DNA from: a virus
Direction: 5' to 3' (one strand)
Virus record (IMG/VR): IMGVR_UViG_3300028608_000012
Coordinates: 13,792-77,791 of that record
DNA: 64,000 nucleotides
Within the stretch, counting starts at the first letter, position 1, and the number at the start of each line of letters is the position of its first letter. Under the pieces are notes generated by a model. It had not been told where the DNA came from. It saw nothing but the letters and a program-made list of their open reading frames with translations, and made no database searches. Both the position numbers and the translations under genes were made by a program. Positions 21,901 to 30,997 of this stretch are shown piece by piece.

Positions 21901-24016
21901 GGCCAAACTCATCCGTGGTGATTACGCCCGATTCCTTCAAGGCATCATAACTGCCGGTGCCTTTCAGGATGTCCAGCTGGTTGGTGATGTCTGGAACAAC
22001 GTTACCCAGACTCTTAACCGCATCAGCAATCCCGACAACGTTCTTACGGGCCTTTTCAGTTGGCAGGTAAGCTGCCTTCTTAATACGGTCCACGTCACTG
22101 CCAGTTTCAAAATCAGCAATGTGTTTGTCGGTAATGTCGAAGGCAGCCTTCATGGCACGAGCGATTTCACGAGCGATCTTCGGAGAGACGCCAGCATGCT
22201 CATCCAGCTTCAGGTAGTTCCATGGCGTGAACGCCTCTTCCTTATCTGCACCTTGAATCAACTGCATCGACAGGGTGCGCTTGGCCTCAGGGCTGAGTGT
22301 ACCCATACCCAGTTGGTCAATCGTGTCGGTCACGTTGTTAGACGCAGTTGCAGCCGACTGGAAGTTGTTACGGTTGAAGACCTGGTTAACAGCACTGTTA
22401 ACCTTTTGTTCGTGGGTGATGAACTTAGCCTTCACGTAGTCATACGACGCTGGCTTCAGCTTGTCATCGCCGGTACGGGTCTTTTCCAACGACAGGTGGA
22501 TCTGGCTCAACCACTGAGGAATGATTTCGTTCAGGGTGCGATCACTACGACGGCTCCACTGAGTTTGCTCGTAGCTGTCTGCCAGCGTACGGTTGGTCAG
22601 GGAGTAACGGTTGCCGGAACTGGACCACGAGTTCTCGTAGAGCATCCCCAGGCCTTTGTTAGCGCCCTTCTTCAGTCCGTTCATGACGTTCCATTCCAGT
22701 TTCGAAATGGGTTTGTCAGTTGGACCTAGGGACGCCAGGTACTCGTCGTAGTCTTCGTGACCAGTCGTGTCGAAGCCGCCACTGTAGTGACGCTGCATGG
22801 CGTTAACCAGGCCCTCGGCGTTACCCGTGGTGTAGGTCGCTACGTTACCCAGATCCTCCATTCGCTTGTAAGCGTCTTCCGCCCACTTCGCTTGTTTCGG
22901 ATAGTTCTTCTTGAACTTGGCTACGTACTCACGTGCCTTACCAGACTTCAGGAGGCGAGGCAGGTTGCTGATAAACAAACCAGCGGCAGCATTACCTGCG
23001 ATGTCACCGAGATTGAGGCTCATCCCCTCAGTCATCTCGGAAGCCATGCGCAGAGAGCCTACAACGTCGCCTACGCCCTGGATGCCATCACGCCGTGCAT
23101 CCTTACCGAACTTGTCGTTGATGAACTCAGAGATGCCACCGAACTTGCTCTTGACCGTGCTGAAGAACTGCGAACGGATTTCCTTGCGGATAGCCTGGCT
23201 GTGAGAGGTCTTCTCATAGTCCGACATCTCCGAGAATTTACGGATGCTCTTCAGTTCGTTGATAACCCGGTGTTGAGCAGCTTCCTGGAACTTATAGTAC
23301 TTGGCGTTGGTCAGGTACATCCGCGTCATGACGTTCAGTTGCATGGCATCGCTACGAGCTTTCACTCGACGCTGATGATCCAGCAACTGTTCCATGAGTT
23401 GGTTGTTACGCACCAGAGACCGGTTGAGGGTGTTGATACCACCAATGGTCCGCCCGCCGACTTCAGACATCATGTCCATGGTACGGTCAGCGATGGTTTC
23501 CATCGTCGAACGTTCTAGCAGGGAATTAGCTTCACCTGCCTCCATGACCATTTTGATTTCGTCGTCGTTGACGCCTTCCATCCGAGGAGCGCTGTCACTG
23601 TCCCCTTCATAGTCGACCTTTTCCCAGTCAGAAAAGTCGTGATCACTGAATTTCATCAGTTGATCGGAGATTTTATTAGGACCCCCTTTACCCAGTTTGC
23701 CCGCAGCTCTTTTTGCGAGATACTGGAGATCCTGTACCGTCTGGTAACTATCCCCCTTAACTTCCTCCATTACCTCTTTACGGCGGCGGTTAAGTTCAGC
23801 GACGTTACTGAAAGCGCCGAGCCAGGTATTGGGCAAAGCCATTTTGAGGGTGTTGACCCTGGCGTCTGTGTCACCAATCGTCTTTCCGACGACCCCCGAT
23901 AGGAAGCCCGTAGCAAAGCTTCTGATAAAGCCCGCTTTGGGTTTATCAAAATCGTCGTCAAAGTCTAGATCGCCACCGAAGGGATCATCGTCCCACGAAT
24001 CGAAATCATCGGCCAT
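15983..24016 (-). CDS. Giant tail-associated (tape-measure-like) protein with GH19 and peptidase M15 domains (phiKZ gp181-like, 2677 aa)
   Basis: GH19 motifs YETGG and DGWKYRGRGLVQLTGR; M15 motifs SKHAQGLALDF and GHVHVG; hydrophobic segments; divergent from the RNAP beta' gene. Confidence 0.85.
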   Translation of the reverse strand: MADDFDSWDDDPFGGDLDFDDDFDKPKAGFIRSFATGFLSGVVGKTIGDTDARVNTLKMALPNTWLGAFSNVAELNRRRKEVMEEVKGDSYQTVQDLQYLAKRAAGKLGKGGPNKISDQLMKFSDHDFSDWEKVDYEGDSDSAPRMEGVNDDEIKMVMEAGEANSLLERSTMETIADRTMDMMSEVGGRTIGGINTLNRSLVRNNQLMEQLLDHQRRVKARSDAMQLNVMTRMYLTNAKYYKFQEAAQHRVINELKSIRKFSEMSDYEKTSHSQAIRKEIRSQFFSTVKSKFGGISEFINDKFGKDARRDGIQGVGDVVGSLRMASEMTEGMSLNLGDIAGNAAAGLFISNLPRLLKSGKAREYVAKFKKNYPKQAKWAEDAYKRMEDLGNVATYTTGNAEGLVNAMQRHYSGGFDTTGHEDYDEYLASLGPTDKPISKLEWNVMNGLKKGANKGLGMLYENSWSSSGNRYSLTNRTLADSYEQTQWSRRSDRTLNEIIPQWLSQIHLSLEKTRTGDDKLKPASYDYVKAKFITHEQKVNSAVNQVFNRNNFQSAATASNNVTDTIDQLGMGTLSPEAKRTLSMQLIQGADKEEAFTPWNYLKLDEHAGVSPKIAREIARAMKAAFDITDKHIADFETGSDVDRIKKAAYLPTEKARKNVVGIADAVKSLGNVVPDITNQLDILKGTGSYDALKESGVITTDEFGRDDVNMEMMWDVMGKFIADPNRRTREQIPDRAPLPTRSGGFGGFPYTVPTFGNRTPVIPDEAAPEGIKVQGMDKLTESLASMGDLKNAFANMGPSNPMSQLLDLTPVTAGMDSLNEQVKRLVEMGGERNDLLTRILNSQPTGGVPKTSEEVRDENAGKRSIIDRLKATNLKDMFNKGVGKLLDNQPLVLGGLLGGLATYALHDPKAAALLGGGAAVALAYSKYHAMAKARDPLDSEDLYEEGSDTPILEAHKLANQDYYDATKGFLITSWKQISGSVRDGVTKTIIGARRLSAKLFTKENKEVLLSGLSKIRSLAIKAFKWVDPFGRAVGLKNKIVNRFHQMDVYKEGDSSPVLVGKRFAAGAYWKRGEDGTAVQLTGWHEIEGPVYDKDGEVIITQEEYDRGLKTSMGVSINKLGDASKKLGVFGLDLFNKARAKAMPGLIKAKDATVKALKADYSPIVNSVDRIYHLLLKHWGYAELELPPVTSVVPPSGDMVEVPESGVKPPKLKIKLKQSAYKKYEENKVVHDRLEIPQASQQPLVSPEEVERRETEDTRPKDKFLGSVEEGIKARVREQLGEQPEENNRLNSRADKLEKAEKKKDSDAKDALISMSKGMGFFGKKGEKEKKERTGIFGLLKDGLGAIAGGIAGLSSFFMGSWWNSFKTLGSFASIGIKTLPFIATGIGAIAKGLFTLIRTRSVTSAGADAFDQLRGKKRTKEERAAREAGRKTPGGRVGKGAWKLGAGMAVGLGVDALVSSGMIDEGGALESLGDTVATATNVVGAYQVATGVAAAAGVDIGVGALAAGAGTALSAGWGMAAPLLFNPVTLGVLAVGAIGYGIYRYVKRGSGKQYELRMTQYGVSDPDSDLAKKIVQIEEKLKDFVVIGNGRASLSKDAPLQEVLNAFITDPKDKQQAGSVFSWFNGRFKPVFMTYMACLDVVKMKSLKEYDDAVSQDVYKVAKQVHQTLGSVMPFPYSISAKIDPETPILGEKATVVRCNNLLEELKKYIDRKTDGVAENAPVAMPVGVDALKKEQSALQAQVDAPRGFFDSNEKLQTVIKAQTRLNEVNSQLAQLNSNYKVGVVASQVFIKDLLPDDRPVDMLTGIRLACYGNDLDMTWRVDAVLRLERYCESLMTIGEGGAKFNGQVGDVFGLFKEAFRLDAGDADNWCKWFKDRFMPVLINYFNLVQNYRRGNPGVVWRTLSVTARYEIARGLVETKVEINKSTLVPIWVVRAAPFKDSVSPGKPDRVDRMLAVLGEASTTAKLKDPEKEAGKTNTQAWATTISPHKTGGDFTTKRANVDDVSKAKTSRDVALGGQFGTSTGRGSGTGNTFGLGGTYQTPGNSYGYAPLTGDSDTSHLDLSGVQQADGKDNGVKVPKSLAEQLIIREMLKQGFTDPRAIAEMLALTNYETGGYSRTVENMNYSTPENLVKTFREVTSLPQARALIAAGPVAIANTVYGGGKGQSIGNVAPGDGWKYRGRGLVQLTGRSMYARIGQQLGIDLVNNPELASNDPNVMAAIAVNFYKNSKLLQSITQDGNFGRAATGLNGGNELPGMPKRFQLYTDYLKQLQSGQLKADDAAAQGTNAAPSQGAGGMYGAPAGPTIGGGTTPPIGVAPGGGSRNAAGAASGGGGGSYGTPPSLMAPGGGGGDYSGNYGNEAPSEPGSLVGGGAGINSSGLRLKSGEAIAGGNAHPGIIRLAQLIQSKCPNFRYFSALNDAFHKNKKPNSKHAQGLALDFTLTNGAAGARVGMAVVMGILRSANMAPSEFLLIDEYAKASAGATGGHVHVGFKTKEAADKFAQASGAEQPAGQDTTAGGTVTEKDQQYDPGQMPSAPPDTTTVPTPAMKSNAPAEGGGAQVAPGAGGGAIPGPYTSLPLPGQPGGPTANPQGPVAGPSAVPQPSAQLAPEPYKPVPRVQVPEAEKPADPGGLMAKLTTTTEEGVSKQSDTNQLLAGIHALLEKMAKNSEPAPNSVNI

Positions 24017-24043
24017 CTTTAACTCCTAAGGGATAATTTTTAA

Positions 24044-25660
24044 ATGAAACCCACAAACCTAACGTTACTGGACTTTAACAAAATCGCACCGCCTGTGTTC
24101 AAGCCGGTAACGTCCACTGACGCGTTTGAAGGCATGACCCAAAACCTCAATGATGAGGGCCTGTATTCGCTGGAAATCTTTGGCAAGCTGGGTAGCAAGG
24201 AGCGCGACGAAACCGAAGCGTACATTGACACCAAATTAGAAATTTTCAACCCAACTTACTTTAAAGCGATGATTCAAACAAAGTCGCTTTACCTCGGAAT
24301 TCTCAAAGGCACGGAATACGCCACCTGGGACCCACAGGCCAAAGATTTCATAAAATCCAACCTCCTCGAAGGTGAGACAGGTTTCAGTTTCTTTGTAAGC
24401 CATTTCAAGGAACTGATCCCCACAATGACCGAGAGTTACAAGCGCAAACAAAAGGTTGAAATGGTTAAACGTTTCAAACCGATTGCCTTGGCAGCTAAGG
24501 TCTTGGTTCCTCCTGCGGGTCTGCGAGACATCGAGTTCCAACCGGATGGCACTGTAGTAGAGCCAGAGATTACCGACTTCTACCGCAAGCTGCTGTTCCG
24601 TACTCGAGTGGTTTCGCTGGGTAGCAAGGAGGATGGCGAGAACCCACTGTACGATACCGTGCGTTGGGGTCTGCAAAGTTCTTACAACGACATCGACCAG
24701 TACATCTTTGATCTCATGGATGGCAAGTCGGGTCTGTTCCAGCGTCGCGTATCGACTCGTGGTGTAGTGTCGGGTACACGTAACGTTATTACCGCACGTA
24801 AGGTCTCCAGAGAGCATTTGCACAGAGGGAACGGGGTAAGCCCCAACTCGGTGGATATGGGTCTCTATCAGGCGCTGCTGAACTTCCAGTACGTCTGCAT
24901 TCACGCATTGCTCACCAAGTACCTGGGCACTATCTTCAGTCCAGGATCCCAAAACGTCAAATTGGTCAATACCAAGTCACTGGAGTATGAATATGTTGAG
25001 GTCTCAGCAGCCGTTGTCGAGAAGTGGTCAACGGCCACAGGCATCTCCAAACTCTTCAACGGTTTTGGAAACGCGCGTCTTCGCTCAAAACCCATCGTCC
25101 TTTCGGGCCACTATCTGGCGCTGGTGTACGACGACGGTAGCGATGTTTGTGTCCTGAGTGATATCAACGATTTGCCAGCCGGTAAAGACCGTAAACTGGT
25201 GACTCCGATTACCTACATGCAACTCTACTACCTCTCCTGCCACAAGGTTATTGGTGATCAGGTCTCCCAGCAGACTCGTTACCCGGTAATTGGTATCGGC
25301 TCGATCTTCCCTGCCAAGGTTAACCTCTTGAGCATTGAAGGTGCCAAGCCGCGTACCATTCGTGACACTGAGTGGGAAGTGGTTGAGCAGTGCATGCGTT
25401 ATCCTCACAACGTTGACCACCCTGACTACTTCGACGCAATGTCGGTAGACCCTAGCCGTGAAGCGGGTCTCGATTCCGACCACGACGGTGACATGCTCAA
25501 CAGTAACAGCGTGTGTGCCGAAGACAGTAAGGCTCAGGTCAACGACCTGTTCGGTAAACGCGAGTACTACATCAGCGGCAGCGGTCGGTTCCTCTACGAC
25601 CCTGTGAACGAACCCATCTTGTTTATGCTTAAAGCCGCCACCAGCGGTATGGAGGAATAA
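24044..25660 (+). CDS. Virion RNA polymerase beta' subunit, catalytic fragment (phiKZ gp180-like)
   Basis: GLYSLEIFG, VPPAGLRD, GTRNVIT, TRYPV and the metal-binding DSDHDGD motif. Confidence 0.9.
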   Translation: MKPTNLTLLDFNKIAPPVFKPVTSTDAFEGMTQNLNDEGLYSLEIFGKLGSKERDETEAYIDTKLEIFNPTYFKAMIQTKSLYLGILKGTEYATWDPQAKDFIKSNLLEGETGFSFFVSHFKELIPTMTESYKRKQKVEMVKRFKPIALAAKVLVPPAGLRDIEFQPDGTVVEPEITDFYRKLLFRTRVVSLGSKEDGENPLYDTVRWGLQSSYNDIDQYIFDLMDGKSGLFQRRVSTRGVVSGTRNVITARKVSREHLHRGNGVSPNSVDMGLYQALLNFQYVCIHALLTKYLGTIFSPGSQNVKLVNTKSLEYEYVEVSAAVVEKWSTATGISKLFNGFGNARLRSKPIVLSGHYLALVYDDGSDVCVLSDINDLPAGKDRKLVTPITYMQLYYLSCHKVIGDQVSQQTRYPVIGIGSIFPAKVNLLSIEGAKPRTIRDTEWEVVEQCMRYPHNVDHPDYFDAMSVDPSREAGLDSDHDGDMLNSNSVCAEDSKAQVNDLFGKREYYISGSGRFLYDPVNEPILFMLKAATSGMEE

Positions 25661-25664
25661 AGGT

Positions 25665-28600
25665 ATGAATCTCCCACCGGCGATTACATTCAGTGCTCTG
25701 GATGCTGTGACCGGGGACGAAGCGCTGTACCCCCAGTTTTACCGCGCCTTTGTTCAGCGTAAGCGTCAAGAGTTGATCGCCCCTGTCTTTATCGGGATTG
25801 GCGAGATTATCTTGCCACGTGCCTCGCTTGTTCACTTCTTCCCCAGCAACCCACAAGAGATCGGTCCTTCCGTCTCTGAAGCCTTTATCAGTAACTACCC
25901 TGATGAGGTGTTTGTTGAGTTCCCCGCTAAATACACTCCGGTGATTGGTAACGGTCGTGCTGTACAGATCGAACCCCGCAAGATCATCCAGGGTTATCGC
26001 GGCTCGCATTACAAGTACAATTGGACCAAGGATATCAACACGGTCTACAACAAGGAGAAGGTACTGGTTGTTAAGAGCTACGGTCTTGCCGATATGCTCT
26101 GGCACCCACGTGCTTCTCTGTTCATCAACTTCGAGCGTCATTACAACCACTTCAACTTGTTGATGGAAGGTGTTAACGAAGAGGCAGTTAAAGGCAAGCG
26201 CAAGCAGTTCTTCCGTATTGACCTGCCGCTGCACATGCCGTCCTTTACCGACTTGATGGTCGACTACGATCATTACATCGATAGCTTCCGGGATGGCTTG
26301 CCACTGCCAAGCAACAGGACTGTACGCACTACCAAGCAAGAGAACTCCTACTGGTTGATGGACTGGATGGCATTCTTGTTTGGCGACTACGAATACAGCC
26401 AGCTGAATAAGTTGTCTGCCAAGGCAATCGAAGACTTCCACCTGATCTTCGTATTCAACAGTCGTGCCCTTGTGATTCACCTGGGTACACTGAAAGGGTG
26501 GCTGGACGCTGAGATGGACCCGCGTGCAAAAGACAAGGGTAGCAGTAAGAAAAGTGAGCGTGAGAAACACGGTAAGCGCTTGAATGCGTCGAAGCGTGTC
26601 TACTTGGCCCTGATGAATCTTACCCGTGGTGGTGTCACGGAAGAGGAAGTAGTAAAAGAGGGAGAAGGAAATGGAAGAGGAGAAGAAGGAGGGGAAGAAG
26701 CCTCGGCGGCTGACCGTCTGGATGCAAAAAAGAAGGGAACTCAGAAAGGGTCGGGCACGGCATCCAGTGGATCCGGAGAAGGAACGCTTCCTGGCAAAAA
26801 TGACGGTGGGCGAACTCATGGTAATCCTGATCCTCTCCGTGATGCTTTCGGTGGTGGTAAAGGAACTGACCACGGAGATCCTGAAGGGGCCGGACAAGAG
26901 GGAGACGGAACAAATTCTGAAAGCATTGAGGACTGGACATCCCACGTAGATGACAGTTTGCTCGAGCAGGAAAAGGTTGTTGCCGAAACCTCTACCAAGA
27001 AGGACCCGTTCCCCAAGTTTGAAAGTGGCGTTAGCGCTGCTCTGGAAGAGCGAGCACGTGAAGGCCAGCTGACAGTTGCTGAACAGCAGTTCTTCATGCG
27101 TAAGGCAACCCAGGTTTATCACATCGAAATGGAAAACGGTCAGAGTTTGGCTGAATACATGGAGATCAAGCCTGACGAGCTGAAGACACTTACAGCCGAC
27201 GCCAAGATCGAGGGTACCTTTCCTACGATCCTGGACGAGTCGATGCTCCAGAGCCGCGCCAAGGTCTTGAAGCAGGGTTATGTCGACAAGTTCCTGCACA
27301 AAGACATGGCCGCCATGGCTGTGGCTGTTCAGAATGCCGGGTTTGCCCTCAACGACTATCGTCACGAGGTGCTTAATGGTGTTGAGGGTTCCTACGACGT
27401 TATTACCATTCAGGTTCATCCTGTTGACGGCGAGCAGTCCACTCATGCGATTCGTTTCCCACGGGTTAGCAACGACGATGCTTCCTTTACCGTTGATGGT
27501 GTGAAGTCTCACCTGCAACTGCAACGCATGGAGCTACCGATTCGCAAGATCGATTCGGGCACTGTGCTGTTGACCAGTCACTACGACCGCCAGTTGATGG
27601 TGACTCGTAGCAAGAAGGTGGTCGACGACCTGGGCGTGTGGCTGAAGAAACAGATCCTGCTGAAAGCCATGAGTGACAAGAGCATCACGTTGAGTCGTGG
27701 TAATGGCCGTAACCGTGACTACACTGGTCCACGGATCTACACCATTCTTGCCAGTCGCTTCCAGTGGATCAATGTGGGCGGCTACATGTTGGACTTCCGC
27801 ATCGAGAAGCTGTTGGAAGACCATCCTGAGTTCAAGAAGTTTACCAAGCCAGAAATGTTCTTGGTGGGTGTCAAGGACAAGAAGCCAATCACCATCGACA
27901 GCTACGGCAACCTCTACCTGGACGGTGTTGAGTTTAACACCTTTGAAGGGCTGATGGGGATCAACACCGCTAAAGCGCCTAACGAACATGCCGTGGTTAA
28001 CATCAGTGGCTATCTGTTCCCGTTGGGTGTTGTGCTGTGTTACTACTTCGGGATTGATGAACTGCTGAAGGTCATCAAGGCTACCACCCGGGCAGTCCCT
28101 ATGGGTACCCGCCCTAAGCTGACAGAAGACGAGTACGCCATTCAGTTCAACGACGAGTATCTGATCTTCAACCGTCGTGAGAAGCTGACCACCCTGATTT
28201 TTGGTGGCATGCCTAAGTTGAACAACATCAGTAACTTCAGCCGAAGTGACCTGAACAACAAAGGTATCTGGGGTCCTCTGATGGGTGATCCGAAGGTTCG
28301 TCCTGCTCAGTTCATTGAGATGAACCTGCTGTACAAAATGTTCATCGACCCAATCACCAAGAAGCAACTGCACCAGCTGGGTTACAGTGAGTCGTTCCAT
28401 CACTTGCTCATCGATGCAGCTAAGCTGTTGGAAACCGACTACACCCCTCATGAGGTGGAATTGGAAGAACAGCGGTTCGTGGGTTACGAGCGTTTTGCGG
28501 GTCACTTCTACAAGGTCCTGGTGGGCGCACAACGTCAGTACTTCAACAAGGGCAAGGGTCGTAAGCAGAAGCTTGAGATCAACCCTGAAGCTGTGATCAT

Positions 28601-30044
28601 GAACATCCTCAAGGACACCTCGGTTAACCGAGTCGAGGAAGTAAACCCGATCCACCAGTTGAAGGATCAAGAGGAACTGACCTTCGGTGGTACCGGTGGG
28701 CGTAGTGAGATCACAGTAGTTAAGCGGGCTCGTGTACAGCTGCCAAGCTACCGTGGCAAGATCTCTGAGGCGAACAAGGACAGCGGTAAGGTAGGCTTCG
28801 TAACCTACACTACCTCTGACCCACAGGTCCTCGACTACCGTGGCAATATCGACACCAAGAGCAAACCATCCGCTACCTCGCTGTATTCGGTGACGGGTAA
28901 CTTGGCGTTTGGTATGAACAAGGATGACACCAAGCGAGGCATGTTTACCTCGACTCAGGCGTCTCAAGCGGTCAGTGCTCAAAACTACACCATGCCGATC
29001 ACCCGTACGGGTTATGACAACGTCATTGCTCACCGGACTTCCGAACTCTACAGCAAAGTCGCTAAAGAGGCCGGTAAGGTAACGGCTGTTGAAGAGGACT
29101 ATCTGGAAATCACCTATAACGACGGCAACACTGAAAAGTATCCGTTGGGCTTGGTTATTGGTGAGGCCAGTGGTGAGTACCATCGTCACACCCGTGTTAC
29201 CGATATGAAAGTCGGCGACAAGTTTGTTAAGGGTGACATCTTGGGTTGGGACCAGCAGTGGTTTGCACGGGATCCTTTCTGCCCAGGACAAGTAGTCTGG
29301 AAGAACGGTCGTCAAGTTCGTATTGCACTAGTAGAAGACCAGGATACCTACGAGGACTCCATTGCTGTCTCGAAAGAGATCATGGGCGAATCGATTACCC
29401 CATTCCTCACGAAGAACTCTTTCGCGGTGGATGTGGATAAGGTTGTCACCTTTAAGGTTAAAAAGGGTGACCAAATCGACTACGATGCGATTTTATGCGA
29501 AATTGAAGAGGACCACCTAGCGGGGGCCGGAGCGGGGGCTAGCCAGGTTGACGAGATCAACCGTTTGGGCATTAAGCAGATCCGTTCTAAGTACCACGGC
29601 GAGGTGGTCAAGATCGAGGTGATGTACAACTCACCTGTGGAAAAGATGACTGACAGTGTGCGTAAACTTATCGCTAGTTCGGATAAAGAACGCAAACGCA
29701 TGTCCGCGATTGACGGCAGTTTTGAATCAGGTAGCGTGAGTAACAACCTCAACGTGAGTAAACCTGTTTTGTCGCCAGGCAAGGTATTGTTTACTGTATA
29801 CGTCGAATCCATGGATGGGTCTACCACCTCGGACAAATACGTTATCGGTAACCAGATGAAAGGTACAGTCAACGGTGTAATGAAGAAGCCGTTGATGACT
29901 CAAGACGGTCGAGTAGTGGACGTCAAGTGTAGCTTTAAAGGCGGCTTCAACCGCATGGTACTGAGCTTACGGGATCGACTGGGCACAAGTGAACTGTCGG
30001 TTGGGGTTACCAAACAGGCTATTGCCATTTACAGAGGTAAGTAA
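25665..30044 (+). CDS. Virion RNA polymerase beta subunit, N-terminal/main fragment (phiKZ gp178-like, 1459 aa)
   Basis: Beta motifs NPIHQLK..TFGGTGGR, DSGKVG, DDTKR...SQASQAV, YEDSI, DKYVIGNQMKG. Confidence 0.9.
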   Translation: MNLPPAITFSALDAVTGDEALYPQFYRAFVQRKRQELIAPVFIGIGEIILPRASLVHFFPSNPQEIGPSVSEAFISNYPDEVFVEFPAKYTPVIGNGRAVQIEPRKIIQGYRGSHYKYNWTKDINTVYNKEKVLVVKSYGLADMLWHPRASLFINFERHYNHFNLLMEGVNEEAVKGKRKQFFRIDLPLHMPSFTDLMVDYDHYIDSFRDGLPLPSNRTVRTTKQENSYWLMDWMAFLFGDYEYSQLNKLSAKAIEDFHLIFVFNSRALVIHLGTLKGWLDAEMDPRAKDKGSSKKSEREKHGKRLNASKRVYLALMNLTRGGVTEEEVVKEGEGNGRGEEGGEEASAADRLDAKKKGTQKGSGTASSGSGEGTLPGKNDGGRTHGNPDPLRDAFGGGKGTDHGDPEGAGQEGDGTNSESIEDWTSHVDDSLLEQEKVVAETSTKKDPFPKFESGVSAALEERAREGQLTVAEQQFFMRKATQVYHIEMENGQSLAEYMEIKPDELKTLTADAKIEGTFPTILDESMLQSRAKVLKQGYVDKFLHKDMAAMAVAVQNAGFALNDYRHEVLNGVEGSYDVITIQVHPVDGEQSTHAIRFPRVSNDDASFTVDGVKSHLQLQRMELPIRKIDSGTVLLTSHYDRQLMVTRSKKVVDDLGVWLKKQILLKAMSDKSITLSRGNGRNRDYTGPRIYTILASRFQWINVGGYMLDFRIEKLLEDHPEFKKFTKPEMFLVGVKDKKPITIDSYGNLYLDGVEFNTFEGLMGINTAKAPNEHAVVNISGYLFPLGVVLCYYFGIDELLKVIKATTRAVPMGTRPKLTEDEYAIQFNDEYLIFNRREKLTTLIFGGMPKLNNISNFSRSDLNNKGIWGPLMGDPKVRPAQFIEMNLLYKMFIDPITKKQLHQLGYSESFHHLLIDAAKLLETDYTPHEVELEEQRFVGYERFAGHFYKVLVGAQRQYFNKGKGRKQKLEINPEAVIMNILKDTSVNRVEEVNPIHQLKDQEELTFGGTGGRSEITVVKRARVQLPSYRGKISEANKDSGKVGFVTYTTSDPQVLDYRGNIDTKSKPSATSLYSVTGNLAFGMNKDDTKRGMFTSTQASQAVSAQNYTMPITRTGYDNVIAHRTSELYSKVAKEAGKVTAVEEDYLEITYNDGNTEKYPLGLVIGEASGEYHRHTRVTDMKVGDKFVKGDILGWDQQWFARDPFCPGQVVWKNGRQVRIALVEDQDTYEDSIAVSKEIMGESITPFLTKNSFAVDVDKVVTFKVKKGDQIDYDAILCEIEEDHLAGAGAGASQVDEINRLGIKQIRSKYHGEVVKIEVMYNSPVEKMTDSVRKLIASSDKERKRMSAIDGSFESGSVSNNLNVSKPVLSPGKVLFTVYVESMDGSTTSDKYVIGNQMKGTVNGVMKKPLMTQDGRVVDVKCSFKGGFNRMVLSLRDRLGTSELSVGVTKQAIAIYRGK
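26671..26949 (+). CDS. Candidate overprinted single-TM membrane protein (92 aa) in the +1 frame of the vRNAP beta gene
   Basis: GGAG-AAGGAA-ATG; basic N-terminus then LMVILILSVMLSVVV; the host frame here is a low-complexity linker with atypical codons. Confidence 0.45.
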   Translation: MEEEKKEGKKPRRLTVWMQKRRELRKGRARHPVDPEKERFLAKMTVGELMVILILSVMLSVVVKELTTEILKGPDKRETEQILKALRTGHPT

Positions 30045-30046
30045 AG

Positions 30047-30973
30047 ATGAGCTTCCAGACAGTCAACGTGGTTAAAGACATTCAAGTGGTCCTCCAAGAG
30101 GCCCATGTCTACTCCGGTGGTATTGACGGTGTCTGGGGTGCTGGTTCAGCGAATGGGGTCTTGAAGCTTCTTCAGGACTACCATTTGTTTCTGAATGGGG
30201 GGCGCTCTGTGCCCCTCCCAGTTACCTCGGGTAAAGGTTTCGATGTTGCTGTTCAAGGTATCAAGGACATCCAGAGCAACCTGAAGCTGGTGGGTATGTA
30301 CGCTGGCGCTGTCGACGGTATTCCAGGTGCTGGTAGCCTAAGTGGTTTGCGTCAGTTGGCGTTCAGTTATGCCAAGCGTAATAAGGCACCGTTCTACGAC
30401 CTGGGTTGGAGCACTCGTGTTCCGCCTGCCTTCACCATGAAGGTGCGTGACTGGTGCATCAAGCAAAACATGTTCCCCGGCGCAGCCTCTGCGTTGATGG
30501 CCTGCATGTGCTTCGAATCGGGCGGTACGTTCCGTCCTGATAAACAGAACAACGGCGGTAGCAACTACTGGGGCCTGATTCAGTTCGGTACCGCAGCAGT
30601 GATTGACCTGGCGAAGACCTTCGGGCTGAAGATCACCCTGGACGACGTCAAGGGCATGAGCCAACTGGATCAACTCGATCTGGTGTTCAAGTATTTCGAG
30701 ATGTGGCAGAAGCGCGGTAAGGCTTACAAGCGTCTTGAGGATTTCTATCTGACGATCTTCTATCCCGCTGCTGTGGGTAAAGGTCCGGACGAAGTTCTGT
30801 TCCGCAAAGATTCACCTGTCCCTATTGAAGCCAAGTCCTACCTGCAAAACAGCGGGTTCGACATTGACAAAGATGGTGACATCACCGTTGGCGAGATCTG
30901 TACCCGGCTCTACGACACGTATTACCAAGGGATGTCGGTCAAGAACCGTACCTTCAGCAACGCTCCACTTTAA
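30047..30973 (+). CDS. Modular endolysin: N-terminal peptidoglycan-binding repeats and a lysozyme-like/transglycosylase domain
   Basis: Two DGxxG repeats (GIDGVWG, AVDGIPG); catalytic FESGG...GLIQF; EF-hand-like DIDKDGDITVGE. Confidence 0.8.
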   Translation: MSFQTVNVVKDIQVVLQEAHVYSGGIDGVWGAGSANGVLKLLQDYHLFLNGGRSVPLPVTSGKGFDVAVQGIKDIQSNLKLVGMYAGAVDGIPGAGSLSGLRQLAFSYAKRNKAPFYDLGWSTRVPPAFTMKVRDWCIKQNMFPGAASALMACMCFESGGTFRPDKQNNGGSNYWGLIQFGTAAVIDLAKTFGLKITLDDVKGMSQLDQLDLVFKYFEMWQKRGKAYKRLEDFYLTIFYPAAVGKGPDEVLFRKDSPVPIEAKSYLQNSGFDIDKDGDITVGEICTRLYDTYYQGMSVKNRTFSNAPL

Positions 30974-30997
30974 GCACCCTACCAGGAGATCGGTCCG

